From NCBI RefSeq assembly GCF_040938485.1, contig NW_027271791.1:62001-126000 (forward strand): a stretch of 64,000 nt of DNA. Direction: 5' to 3'. Both the position numbers and the translations under genes were made by a program. This stretch comes from Diadema antillarum. Its lineage: Eukaryota. This document shows, piece by piece, positions 43,514-56,368 of this stretch (positions within the stretch are counted from its first letter, which is position 1; each line of letters starts with the position of its first letter). The notes beneath the pieces are model-generated. The model was not told where the DNA came from. It searched no databases and was given only the letters and a program-made list of their open reading frames with translations.

Positions 43514-45586
43514 ATGACCATGGGAGACGGTTTGATAAAAAATCTCCTTGCGATCTGCTGCTTTGTTTCCTGCGCGCGGATCGCCCTCGTCGTCATCTAC
43601 CTCGGCCCACAAAGTTCGCCCCCTACTCCGGTCTTTCAGCTCGGATACTCTTCTGGGTCTGTCCTTCGGAGGGAGGCTCCGAAGAGACAGCACGACCGCG
43701 GGGGAAGCAATGTCAGCTTTGTTGGTTACCATGACGACCAGGCTCACCATGAGATCGCGAGGAAGGAAGATGATGATTGGCGAAGATTGGAGGGAGACAG
43801 TGGCGATCAGGGGGAGGTTATACCGGCTGCGGCAGTGTCACAAAACTTCGATCTTATGCCAGCAGGTGGCTGTCAGGGCAGTGGAAAAGACATTTTCTTG
43901 CTGACGCTCGTCCATTCTCTTCCACCCCACTTCGCCCAGCGCCAGGCGATACGAGAAACATGGGCGAGAAACATGTCCGAGGTGAATGGTGCCAGGGTGA
44001 AAGTTATCTTCGTTACACCCGGGGTCTCTCCGCGCCCGGATGTCATGACCGGCCTCCGTAAGGAGGCGGCAGAGTACGATGATGTGATCCATAGTGTGGC
44101 GGGGGATTCTTTGATTTCCTACCGACCCTCTTCCAAGGTCCTGCTCTCAGAAATGGGGTGGACCCTCACCTACTGTACTGGAGCCAAGTTTGTGCTCTTC
44201 GCCAACGACGAACTCTTCGTCAATATCCACCATATCGTCGAGCGTTTGAAACTCGTCACCCCCAAACCATTCAAGACTTTCATCCTTGGGAGAGTGAAGA
44301 AATTCGCGCGAGTGGAAAGAGACACTCTGCGATGGGACCATGTATCCGAGACGGTGTACACCAGAGAAACATACCCAAATTATTGCGTGGGAGGGGCTGG
44401 CTTTGTTATGTCGGTGCCTTGTATGAGAGAGATCCACCCACGAGCTGTTCGTTTTAACAAAAGAGCCAATGCATTTCCGTTGAGTGACGCGATGGTCGGG
44501 ATAGTCTCAAACCAACTAAACATAGTTCCTCGCTACCACGAGGAGTTCCACAAGTCGGGAGGGGAAGCCGATTACTGCGACTTACGCGATACCTTGACGT
44601 TGGGTGATTTCAGTCGACCAGAGCTCATACGTGGGGCATGGAGGAACTACACGCACAAGATGGACTACTGTCCAAACCCCCTTCCCAACGCCACCGAAGT
44701 GTCATGGTGGACTAAAGGCGTAAACCATAAACAGTACTTTAGTGAGACATTGCGTTTAATTCACGAGCCTCGCAGCTGTGAAGGCCAAGATATATCACTG
44801 TTAGCTCTGGTTAGTACTCATCCGCACAATACTAATCTCCGAAGTGCAATACGAGTGACTTGGGGCCACCCAAATTACATCAAACCCCTAAAAGTGCGAT
44901 TAATTTTTGTTATAGGTCGAGAGACAGTCGAAACACAGAAATCGGTCCAAGATATCGAAGGAGAAGCAAAACAGTTTGGTGACATACTGCAAGCTAATTT
45001 TGCTGAATCTTTTCATAACCTAACGCTAAAGGTCATCTTGGGATTGAGATGGGTCTCAGAGAAATGCCCTTCTGCCTCTTTCGTGTACAAGGGTGATGAC
45101 GACATGCTGGTAAACTTTGAGCACATGATCGGCTATCTGGACCAGCTCCAGACATCAGAGTCAAAGAACCTCTTCATGGGGAATCTAATGTCCATGAGTC
45201 CCGCTATCAGAACCTCGTCCAAGTACCAGGTCCGCAGGGAAGTCTACCCCTTCAAGTATTTTTTGCCTTATTTCTCCGGCGGTGGTTACATCATGTCCGC
45301 CGCGGCCGTGCAACAGATGGCCCCCATGGCAGTGTCTACGAAGCTCATCCCCATTGATGACGCCTACGCGGGAATCCTAGCCTTCCGAGCTGGAGTCCCC
45401 CTCAAGCACTCGGGAGGATTCATAGTTGGCGGCAGCAAGCGAGATGCGTGTCGTCTGCGGCGAGCGTTCAATATGCACGGCTTCAAGAAGACAGCAGTCT
45501 TAATAGGAACGTGGAAAACCTTCAAGGATCCGAGCCACAAGTGTGACGAGGACAGGGAGAAGAAAACGTGGTCTCATGACGTTTAG
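43514..45586 (+). CDS. Type II membrane beta-1,3-glycosyltransferase (CAZy GT31, B3GNT/B3GALT-like) with two tandem catalytic-type domains, single coding exon, 690 aa
   Basis: Uninterrupted 2073-nt ORF with an N-terminal hydrophobic anchor (LLAICCFVSCARIALVVIYL). Domain 1: RQAIRETW...FANDELFVN...YPNYCVGGAGFVMS...PLSDAMVG. Domain 2: RSAIRVTW...ESFHNLTLK...YKGDDDMLVN...PYFSGGGYIMS...PIDDAYAG...MHG. The true start may be the ACCATGG at 43520. Confidence 0.93.
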   Translation: MTMGDGLIKNLLAICCFVSCARIALVVIYLGPQSSPPTPVFQLGYSSGSVLRREAPKRQHDRGGSNVSFVGYHDDQAHHEIARKEDDDWRRLEGDSGDQGEVIPAAAVSQNFDLMPAGGCQGSGKDIFLLTLVHSLPPHFAQRQAIRETWARNMSEVNGARVKVIFVTPGVSPRPDVMTGLRKEAAEYDDVIHSVAGDSLISYRPSSKVLLSEMGWTLTYCTGAKFVLFANDELFVNIHHIVERLKLVTPKPFKTFILGRVKKFARVERDTLRWDHVSETVYTRETYPNYCVGGAGFVMSVPCMREIHPRAVRFNKRANAFPLSDAMVGIVSNQLNIVPRYHEEFHKSGGEADYCDLRDTLTLGDFSRPELIRGAWRNYTHKMDYCPNPLPNATEVSWWTKGVNHKQYFSETLRLIHEPRSCEGQDISLLALVSTHPHNTNLRSAIRVTWGHPNYIKPLKVRLIFVIGRETVETQKSVQDIEGEAKQFGDILQANFAESFHNLTLKVILGLRWVSEKCPSASFVYKGDDDMLVNFEHMIGYLDQLQTSESKNLFMGNLMSMSPAIRTSSKYQVRREVYPFKYFLPYFSGGGYIMSAAAVQQMAPMAVSTKLIPIDDAYAGILAFRAGVPLKHSGGFIVGGSKRDACRLRRAFNMHGFKKTAVLIGTWKTFKDPSHKCDEDREKKTWSHDV

Positions 45587-46863
45587 TTACCATTTCTACA
45601 TTTCATTGAATCTACGAGAGACAAGAAAAGTTGCAATATTTCCCGCTTGAAGAATATAATGGCTGATTTTATGTAGGTTGTCCAAATAAGGACATTCGAG
45701 GTTATTCAGAGATGATGGTAACCGTATCTTTTGTTTGTGTCTATTTATTCAACAAGACTTCGCTCTTTTGGAATCCCAATTTCTAGTTGTGCCTATATCA
45801 ACTTCTCTTTCAAATAGCGCCAACGAGCTTAAAATGGAATAACCCCAGACGCTGAAGTTGGAACGAAATTAAAGTGACCATAATCATGGTGTTTTAAGCC
45901 GGTATACATGCTGTATGTTCATTTGCATAATAGTGTTATCTTTAGGAGAAAATTTTGATTTACATCTATATACGCACCATTGAGGATGATGACGTACAAT
46001 TTATTTTTGTGATGTTTTGAAAGAATGAATGATAGGGCGGTTTGCTTGAATAGCATTCGATTGTTTGCATGTTGTGGGATTTTTTCTTGAGGGGAAGGGG
46101 TGATCGTTATATCTGACGTTGTTGTACGCATATCATTTCAACAGCGGACTCAGATGCATGTTATGACGTTTCAGCATGATCCGTACAAACAAAAATTTCA
46201 ACATTGAGCTTTCCGCTTTGAAATGTCATTGTTAAAGCAGTAACTGGTTGAAATGTTCTTGCCAATCGAATCCTGAATTGGACAGGAATTTTAGTGAAAT
46301 GCTTACAGACTTTACACATTTGTTTTTTATATATATACGTGACTCAGGCTCAGCATCTCACCTCAGATATGAAACAGAGGCCCTCTCAGATATACCAGAA
46401 TTGGTATAAAAATTATGTATGTAATAAATACACACTATAGAGGTCGTTAGTCCGCTGTACATCAAACTTATCATCATTAGTTAATGAAAAGTTTATAAGT
46501 TGAATACTATGACGAGATTTACCAAGGTGCAGTTTAATACTTCGAGCTGTTATCGCTAAGCTCAATATGACTTTTACATTAACTTTTTTTTTAAAGAAAG
46601 GAAATTTGTATTGTAGTATTTTCTTTTAATATTGTCGTTTATATTGATGAAAAAAGTCTGTATTGTATTCTAATATATATTTTAGTACATCAACAACTGA
46701 CAACTATAATTTCAATTTAATTAGGGACATCAATGAGTAGAAGCTCAAATAGCCGCCCATTAGGTGATTGAAAGGAATTCCACGTTTAAGTTGATTATTA
46801 ATATGAAGAGCTAAGTCTAAGACAAGCAGAACAATGAAAGTTTTATTACAATCGGACCGAAGT

Positions 46864-47219
46864 GGAAGACAGTCACGAAGTTTTAAAGTTACTCTTTACG
46901 CAAAGCAGGCATTGATACTCAATACGATTTGATGCATATGATATATCATATATACACTGTATATATATTCTTCAGTTCATGTCAAGTAAGGACGTTACTG
47001 TAAGTTGGAAGACAGTCACGAAGTTTTAAAGTTACCTTTTACGCAAAGCAGGCATATTAATTATGATAATGATATGATATTGAACGAGGCGAAGATGTCA
47101 CTGCATGTTTTAAATCGTCCTTTTGTCAGTATTTCGGCAACCGGAACCCCCATAACTTAACAGAGTTATCATCACGATTAGTCATTGATACTCAATGATT
47201 TGATGCATATGATATGTAC

Positions 47220-47273
<54 letters not shown>

Positions 47274-47312
47274 TTCAGTTCATGTCAAGTAAGGATGTTA
47301 CTCTAAGTTGGA
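46864..47312 (+). repeat. Local direct duplication (~143-bp unit) with (TA)n expansion
   Basis: GGAAGACAGTCACGAAGTTTTAAAGTTAC at 46864 and 47007. CATTGATACTCAAT...TTCTTCAGTTCATGTCAAGTAAGGA recurs at about 47184-47312 around (TA)n 47222-47271. Confidence 0.85.
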
Positions 47313-49403
47313 ATTTGTGAACAATTTGAATACCGAGTTCTTGTGCGGTCATGGTCAAACTTGTGAAACTTAAAAATTCCATAACTATCTCATCTTTAGT
47401 TCCACACATGCCAATGAAACTTTCAGTGTTCTATTGGTTTGATTTAACTCTTTGCAGCAAAGTCTATTTGGAAAAGGGGAGTGGGTTATTATTTCATGAA
47501 ACATCAACGAAATCTTTACTGTATTGACCACGAATTTACTTGCGGTGGTTATATTTCTAGCATAATCATTTTTATATATTGAACAAGCGTGTATTAGTAT
47601 GCAACAATGATATTCGCCTAGAAATACAAAAAAAAAAACCAAACAAAGTGAGAGCTAGGAAACGAAGGGAACAGAAAGGGCAAGACGCTATATACCTGAT
47701 GTGAGGAGTATTCCATCTTTTAAGTGTCATGTTTTATTTTAATCATTCTCTTTGTGTAGAAAACGTCTTGCAAAAATCAGTTCTTTCATTGTCTTCTTAA
47801 CACAGTTTGTGTCGATGGTCTTAAAGCAGAGACGCATTTTATGTACACATGGTGCTCACACAAACTACACACGTACTAAGTACACACATACAAACACGTC
47901 GTGTACTGCAGGGCCATAAGTACGTATATACACCACACTTTCATTCAATCTGTCATGTTACATATTGTAGCGTAGTATTATCGTATATTGCCCCCCCCCC
48001 CCTCTCCTGTACAAGCACATCGTTTTCCGACTCATTTTCAGTCACGGCTGTCTGAGCACTGAAAGTACTATTTGTTGTGTTATATGAGATTATTATCGTA
48101 CAAAGAAAGGATTATCATCATACATGAATATTGCTCTGCTGTTCTTTTTTTTTTTTTTGTCAAGGGCTACTCGGGCTTATTGAATTTGATATGGGGTTTG
48201 ATGAGATCGTCGCATCACGTATCATTTTGTTAAAGTATCCTACACTGGTGTGTGCGTGTTTGTGTTTGTGTCATGTATTGCATCACCCTACTGCACATGT
48301 ACAAATACATCCGACCAATAGCAATGAGGAGTTCTCAACCAATCATTCGTTCAGGTCCTTGCCGAAACTGCGTCATACAGATTCACACGCATGGTAAGCA
48401 CACACGCACAAGCGCGCACGCACACGACCTCTGACTCGACATGGTAATTCAGGCGTGATCGTCGTTCCCGAGGTAGGGGCAGTGGAGGATGAGAGTGACC
48501 ATGCAAACCGTGCCGTGACCGAAAGTCTCCTCCCCCTCCATTCCGTCAAGTCCCGGGCGGAATGACGGGAATGTTCCATGGCCGACATTCCTCGAGTGCC
48601 TGTCCACTAATTGACTGATCGAGTATCAATTATTACTTTCATTTCTCCCTCTCTCCTTCTTCCTCTCTTTCTTTTTTTCTATCTTTCTCTTTTCCCTCTC
48701 CCCCTCTTTCTTCTCGCTCTTTCAACCTTTCTTCCCCCCTCCTTTCTCAACACTGATGAATGGCCAAGCCGAGCATGGTTGCCTCTGCAAGCAAACTATT
48801 ATACACTTTGTAAATTCTCTCTCTGCATAGATGCATATTCTACAGAGGGGCGAAGGAGAATGGAAACACGGCAGCGATTTTTAATGATGCCAGTCAAAGA
48901 GATGAGGCAGAGCCCACACCTCCAAAAGAGATATTTGAAGTTATGCAGAAGGGTATTCTGATTATAGGTAGTGATAGACGAGAGATTAAGAATTACAATA
49001 TCTTCAATACATCGCTTCTTTCAGTCACACAGCAGTGGCTGGTGATGTCACTTTATTTATTATCACTTCGACTTTTAAGTCTGTAAAGGGGGAGGGGGAT
49101 ACATTATCGTAACAAAGAGTAACAAAATTAACCTTGTTATACCACGTGTAACAAGAGAAATACGAAAATCCAAGACAGCACTTTCATATCATGGAGTAGA
49201 GTTTATGTGTGATCAGTAAACATTGCTATATGTTAATTGGAGAGCCTGAAAAAATCCTTTATTCACTTTATATCATCAGAATGTACTCATCTGAATGACG
49301 TACAAGATTTACATACTTTCCATTTCACAAATATCTTTATATGTGTATAATACATTATATGTAATATATATGTATATAATACGATATACATGTATATGAT
49401 ATA

Positions 49404-49405
<2 letters not shown>

Positions 49406-49448
<43 letters not shown>

Positions 49449-49470
49449 GTATATATATATATATATATAT
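49406..49470. repeat. (TA)n microsatellite
   Basis: Read directly. Confidence 0.9.
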
Positions 49471-50534
49471 GTACATGATAATGATTGGAAGAAAATTTTT
49501 ACGATTACCGTTAGATTTGGTTCTCAGTTTGAAAGTATTATAGAACACAATTTTAATCAATGGTTGTGTGGACGACTAGTTAAGAAACATATACATGATT
49601 AAGACTGAATCATGTCTAGGAATGTAAAGAATTCACCGTGCAATACATCGGTCCGTGGGCACGATGCGGTGTTTTCGCGCGCGCTCATGCAGACATGCAT
49701 GTTTCGCGCATTCAACAGGCGCATATATTCTGTTCGTGAATTTTGTATCAGTGTAATAATCTGAGCTGACGAATTAACTTATTTCCTTGTTCACCAATAA
49801 CCAATGATTTCTTAAATTGTAATAATACCATCTAGGTTTTTAAGTTGTCCATCCTGCTCTTACACTACTCATAATCATATAATAACCGCTTAATGGCAAT
49901 AAGAATCAAACAGTTTGAAATCACAGTCTGCATGTGTTGCCTCCACAGCTATTTGAAAACAAACACACACGAATGCACAAACAAACTACAATTACTAAAA
50001 TGTTTGATGTGCTTATATACACCAAGAGCGTTTACTGCATTTAGTGGACCTTACTGGAAGTCGTTCACAACTCAAACTTCATTCGCCAGCGTTCCCAAAC
50101 TTATTAATCGTGATTGATGGAATCACAGTGGTGTAATGATGAACAGGATGCAGATGAACTTGTCGTTGTGGTTGCAGGAAAAGAAAACATAATAATTTGA
50201 TGAAGTCGCCGTGGATTAGTCGACCAGGACTTGTGGCTAGGGTGCGGCCATGTCTACAAATGGACATAGCATCGATGGAATGTCGACCCGAGACTTCCCA
50301 AACCCCGTCAGTGCCCCATATTTACCATTTATGAACGCCTTGGGGGGAGGGCGGGAAGGAGAGCCCGGCAGGTTGATGTCGCTCGACCTCCAGCGCTATG
50401 AATATTCATGAGGTGACGTGAATAAAGATGAATCAGAGGTAAGCATAATCATCTCTTTCCCATCTCCTTCTCTCTCTCTCTTAGAGCTCTCATTCACACT
50501 CTGTCTATCTCTTCCTCTCTATCCACTTCCTATT

Positions 50535-50727
50535 NNNNNNNNNNNNNNNNNNNNNNNNNNNNNNNNNNNNNNNNNNNNNNNNNNNNNNNNNNNNNNNNNN
50601 NNNNNNNNNNNNNNNNNNNNNNNNNNNNNNNNNNNNNNNNNNNNNNNNNNNNNNNNNNNNNNNNNNNNNNNNNNNNNNNNNNNNNNNNNNNNNNNNNNNN
50701 NNNNNNNNNNNNNNNNNNNNNNNNNNN
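50535..50727. other. Assembly gap (193 N)
   Basis: Run of N. Confidence 1.
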
Positions 50728-51809
50728 CATTGATCTTTGCTAACTCTCTTGGAGGAGTCTGCGCCTTTGAATGTTTCTGTGACAGATATATGGCGCCATA
50801 CAAATGCTGTGGATCATCATCATCATCATCATCTTTATCCCTCCCATTTCTTTCAATCCCAATGAAGTCATGTTCTTTTCAATTTAACTCGTGTTTGATA
50901 GGAATGCTCCTGATTCCACAAGGACTGACAAGGTGAAATATATAGAAATATACTGATAATTCATGAAGTTACGCCACTTTCCGTAAGTTAACACGAAATA
51001 AATGATAAAGCACTGTATGTGTTCATAAGTGCATTTCCCCTTGATGAATCACTTTTCACACGTGTGCAATGGTGGCTGGGTGGAAATAAGTAAGTTTCAG
51101 GTTGGATTTATTTTACATAAAGGCTAATACTGTGCAGTATAGATACATTACTGTCATTATAGCCGTTAACTTATAATTATAAGTTCAATTACCAGATTAT
51201 TTTTATCATGCTTTGAATCACTTTGAATCATACCAATAAGACAAACATAAAATCGTCGCAGGCTAGAATCACTCCCAGGGCATCACGACTAAAACTGCCA
51301 TGCTTCTTGGCAATTTAGTCAACTATCTGTTGGACTGACTTTTTCATCAGAGCAGCAGTTCCGACTTCTCTAAAAATTTGCTGCGGCCTGTTTCATGTTC
51401 ATAATTGTTTCGTCAAACTACACACTGGCGTGTGATGACCATACAAATCATCATCACATCTCTTTTGTAACCCTTCCCTATCCTCACTACGGGCCCGCCA
51501 CACACCTCATTCTAAATCGTTTATGAAAAACTTTCAGTTGGCCTCAGATTAACATTGGATGACGTCCTGACGACTAGCTTGGAAGTGGATGAACGGAAAA
51601 CAAGTTGGTGTTTCTCGTCAAGATTTCACAACAGTTGTAAATCATGAATATTCACGCCAAGAATGGCCCATCACCACCCTATGCCCTTTTAAGGAGCGGC
51701 ACGTGCTTCGCCTCGCTGTGAACGGACTCCCCGAGGAGACGGCGTCTCGTTGCCTTGGTGATGGAAAGATGGCGCGCTCATCGTTATCTCCCGTACACAC
51801 AACATCAAC

Positions 51810-51827
<18 letters not shown>

Positions 51828-51867
<40 letters not shown>

Positions 51868-51885
51868 ACACACACACACACACAC
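51828..51885. repeat. (CA)n microsatellite
   Basis: Read directly. Confidence 0.9.
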
Positions 51886-54800
51886 GATGCATCATCGTGT
51901 CTCGCAGCTGAAGGATGTACAGTATGTCCCCTCAGCCTGACGTGTTTCCCGAGGAGGAGAATGGACAAGCAGTCATCGGGGAAACCTTTGCCGCAACTGT
52001 CAACGACTCGACCGGCTGGAATGCGAGGCATCACTGGAGCTTGACTCCCCCTTCCCATCAGCCACTCGACAGTCGCGTGGCTATCATCCTTACCGCTGTC
52101 ACATCCCCAGAGTAACCGAGCTATCCTGCATCAAGCATGACCACTCCTACTAAGGACCAATATATTTCCGTAGCTTGCCCATCACGAGGATAATAATATC
52201 TCCATTGATCATGTCCATGGGTGCATTGTTCTCGCATGGAAAGACTGAAATCACGAACGACAGCGGTGAAATACGAGCGAAATCGGACAAGTCTATTACA
52301 AAGTTGCTATTTGTTAACATTTCAGTTGACATGGAGACTCGTGGGACTTCAAAACAAGTCTTCTTGGTCAAGTGACAAGATATGAAAACGTCAATATGCT
52401 CTCTTTTTTTTGGGGGGGGGGGGGGGGGGCTGAAAGTGCGGGCTCTTTCGAAATAGGAGCAGAAATGGCATAAAACACCAGCGCAAGTGACTGTATCATT
52501 TCCCCAAATCAAGTTCTTGGTCAGTTAATTCACGTATACCAAACACGTATAGGGGCCTACTGTTGAAAAAATAACAACTCAATACATACTGCATACTGTA
52601 TGCAGGATTTTTACAATTGTAGAGTCCTGATTAGAAAGCCCAACTATAAATAGGAATACGAATACCTTGGTATGATTCGCATGCAGCCCTCTCAATTAAA
52701 CTCTTATTTCAGTCAAACCCGTAGCCTTGTCTTCAGGCTGATGTACTTTTACACATCCATCATAGGAGGCTTACATTCAATTTAAAAGAAAAGAAGAGTG
52801 CACTTATCTATTTGCAGCGAACAACACCATAGAGCCCTCATAAGACAACTATACTATAATTTCGAAAACGTTTCCTTCGTCTCTTGAAACTTTGAAATGC
52901 CGGTTTGAGATAAAATCACATGTTCACTACTTAACCTGAGAATCGTCCGTTATGTAATATGAAATTTCGTTAGAATACATAAATAAATAAACATCTAAAT
53001 AAAGTGTAAACTTTTCTAGGAAAAGTAATCGGTCCAACCGCAAACCATCCCAATCTTAGTATAATACAGACCCGTCGACGAGTATATTGAGCCAGTTCAA
53101 AGGTACGATCTGTGCATGTACACATGAAGATCACATCAGAAATTCTCTTGAAATTGACTCTTATTGAGGTATAAAAAATTGATAGGCCTTCATGAAAACT
53201 TTGCAATGAATATTCATGTATGAATCAGGTGCATAATCATCAGAGTGTGCAGGTCAATGTTTATTCTTTTCAATCAAATTAGCAAAAACTATTTCATGCA
53301 GCACTTTTGATAAATGTAAATTACCGATTTCTGCTTGCAACTGCTCCCGGAAACTGCTCTTCCAAGGAAAACATTAATCCATGGTTTGAAACATCTGCTG
53401 TGGTATAGAGATAAGTTCAGACTATTGCTTACTGTGACCTGGCTTACTCTACGTGACAGGGTAAACAAAGAAACTCGTCAAAAAAAAAAGTAATAGGCGT
53501 ATAGATATTGAAATTGCACATCATCTGCATTTCAAATAACTACTTTACACCACATGACATTACACGTGAGTTTATATTGCATAAAGGGGGATGCTGATAG
53601 TTAAAATCATCTGGACGAAATTCTACTTGATTTGAGCTTAGCGACAACGTCATAAACGGGAAGGTTATCCGATGTATCAAAGATCGCTCAAAATTTGCCT
53701 GAAATTTGACAAGATGGCAACAATTGAAGTCAAAAAAAAAAAAGGAAATCCACCTGAAGAAAATTAACCACATGAGAGGCAGATGATTTACAATGAACGG
53801 CACATCACTTCAAGTTTGGACAGAAAAAACACGAATTTGACTTCACAAGCATAATTTATTGACCTATTACTGGTACTAAACGCAAGTCCACGCCTATAAT
53901 TTTTCTCTAACATTGATGCATTCACGTGTTCGATACGTAAGCAGTTATACGATGTGAGAGCGACACCAAGAGTCACATACAAGAAAATATGAAAGTTGAT
54001 TGGCTATGAAATTGTATGATTTACGTGAAGGCCTGTATCCAGGGTTGGGGGATAACAGAATATACTCCAGAGTTGATTGATAGCCGAAGTGTTGTGAGGT
54101 GTTCAAAACACAGCAATACATAAATCATGACCGTGAAGACGAAAACAAGATGAGCAGCTAAGAATACATGCAAGCAAATATGGAAACTTTACATGACATT
54201 CGAGGTATAGAAACCAAAATCAATACACTATATATGGCATTACCGCTGCCCGTATACGTCGTACACAGAGACTTAACTGAGATGTCAATATCTACCAAAA
54301 AGGTAAGTATTTGGATTCCAACACACTCCGATTCGTTGGCAGCGGTCTGCAATTTTCCTCCTTGTTGAGAATGAATCACACTAACAAAGACAAAGCGCCT
54401 GGACTTCAATGTAGTACTAGTAGATGGAGGGGAAGCAGAAGAGAGCGCTTAGTTAGTGTAGGACCAGGTATCATATCCACCACTGTCGACGGGCCTGAGA
54501 AGCGATGGGTTAATCATTGTGACGTCACGACCTCGCTTTGCGCCATTGGTAGGCTACTCCTCGTCAATGAATTTTTCTGTCACTCTATATAACTGACTGC
54601 CAACGTGAGGCAGGCCAGATAGAGGTCAAGATAATAATGAAAGCGATGAGCAGTGACTGACAGATGGACAGACAGGTCGCTTATAGGCCTATAAACCTAT
54701 ATATACCTCTTGTAGAATTTTGTGCATATATACCACAAACCAAATGGAATGCTGACAACTTTGTACATGGAGGATCTCACAGGATGTAAATGCAGAATAT

Positions 54801-56326
54801 CGAAGGAGAAATATGACAAAAAATATACTGCAGAGTGTATATAAGCTCCTGTATGTGTTCCTGGGGTGTTTATGGGTGGGGGACGGGCACTGAGCTATAT
54901 TAAACATATGAGCACTACCGGCTTGGAACGCCGTCTCAGTTATGCCATATAAAGGTCATCGGCGTGAATGTAGAATGTCAGCTATCCACACCGGAATAGT
55001 AATAAGCCAACACACTATCGAGCCGAGAGCCGCACTGGTAAATTGCCATTCGGTATATTTATCATTCGGTACAATTTTTAGGTTCGTCTACAGCAAGAGC
55101 GGGACATAGAGTGGAAATTCTAGTAAGATACAGGACTTGAATTCATAGGATGAAAGGACGGGAACTATAGAGAGTGATTATGATATGACGCATGGCGTTG
55201 TCAACTGCAGAGAACTTCTTTTCTTTTCAAAACGAAGAGCAAAGTGGAACAAACCCCCCTCCCATTTTTCCTTTAAAGCAAATAGTAAAGCATATCATGC
55301 TTTATTATAATGATTATGGGCATTTTAGCTATCATGTTTTTATTTTATAAATGAGACCTTGAGAAATATGAGCACATGTTTTTCATGTTGTAATTATTAC
55401 GTTCAAAATGCATTCATGCCTGCACTTTTAGAAGTGGGTATATTGACGCCAAGGGTATTACAATAATGTGATGGGGAGTTCACCCTTCAATAGAACGTCA
55501 AGATGATTAAGACTTCAGCCTTGGAACATTCATAAATTGGTTATACTGGTAACAGAGTTTCAGAATTAATAGTGATTGCGGTGGGGAATAGGAAAGTTTT
55601 CAAAATTCATTAAAAATAACAATGAACGAGGATAATGAAATAGCTGCTTCACATGACTTGATGCTCAATGACGTAGAATAAGAGAAGAAAGCATGCATAG
55701 CTACACAGTTGAAGTTGTTAAGCAAGTGATATGGTAACGGCATAACATAGATACAGTACTGGAATATGTGAGCCTCCTATGCCATCATCCTTGTTCACTG
55801 TAATTTGTTTTGGGGTTTTCAGAGTATTTGTTTATCTGCTCGAAGACCGCAATAAATTCAACAAATCCATACATAGCACTATCGATTACGAACCAGGGCC
55901 TACATGATGTGAAATTATGAAAATCGTCTGGAATTAGTTCCCTTTAACGCTGGGGTTTTTTGTTTGTGTGTGTGTTTTTTTGTTTGTTTGTTTTTTGTAA
56001 CGGTAGAGTCTACTATGGTGTTGTCAAAATCAAAGTAGTCATCATGATTGTGAGGGTTAAACAATAAAGAAACAAAATAAAGATAATGTCTGCCATCTAT
56101 CACAATATCGAAACATAAGAGAGTTATACCTACACTATGTTGATAATGACACGGTTCGCATGTGAAGGTAATGATGCTGATGGTCATAAAGGTTGTAATC
56201 ATGATAATTAGCTATTTATTTATTTAGTCTTTTTCAGTTTAAAAAAAAAAGCAGCGCAGTTCCATTCAGAGCTACAAATGCGATACCAGTACGATAATAC
56301 ACCCCATGGCCTGTACTCTACCGAAA

Positions 56327-56368
56327 GAAGAAGAAGAAGAAGAAGAAGAAGAAGAAGAAGAAGAAGAA
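56327..56368. repeat. (GAA)14 microsatellite
   Basis: Read directly; gives the poly-Glu pseudo-ORF at 56306. Confidence 0.95.

Noticed and set aside
45575-45586. C-terminal SHDV of the GT31 protein as an ER-retention or PDZ motif
   Set aside because: Does not match KDEL/HDEL-type consensus, and a lumenal C-terminus cannot bind PDZ proteins.
48373-48600. GC-rich stretch with short ORFs and twin CCAAT boxes upstream
   Set aside because: No homologous peptide recognised and no consistent splice pair; may be regulatory but unsupported.
48753-48780. CTGATGA-ATGGC-CAA-GCC as a hammerhead ribozyme core
   Set aside because: The required GAAA after stem II is absent (GAGC), and no stems I/III were found.
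49671-49710. Two TTTCGCGC E2F-like sites
   Set aside because: The same motif is common in local MITE families and no nearby TSS is supported.
51589-52115. 151-aa and 66-aa ORFs around the (CA)n repeat
   Set aside because: They run through a microsatellite (HT repeats) and contain no recognisable domain.
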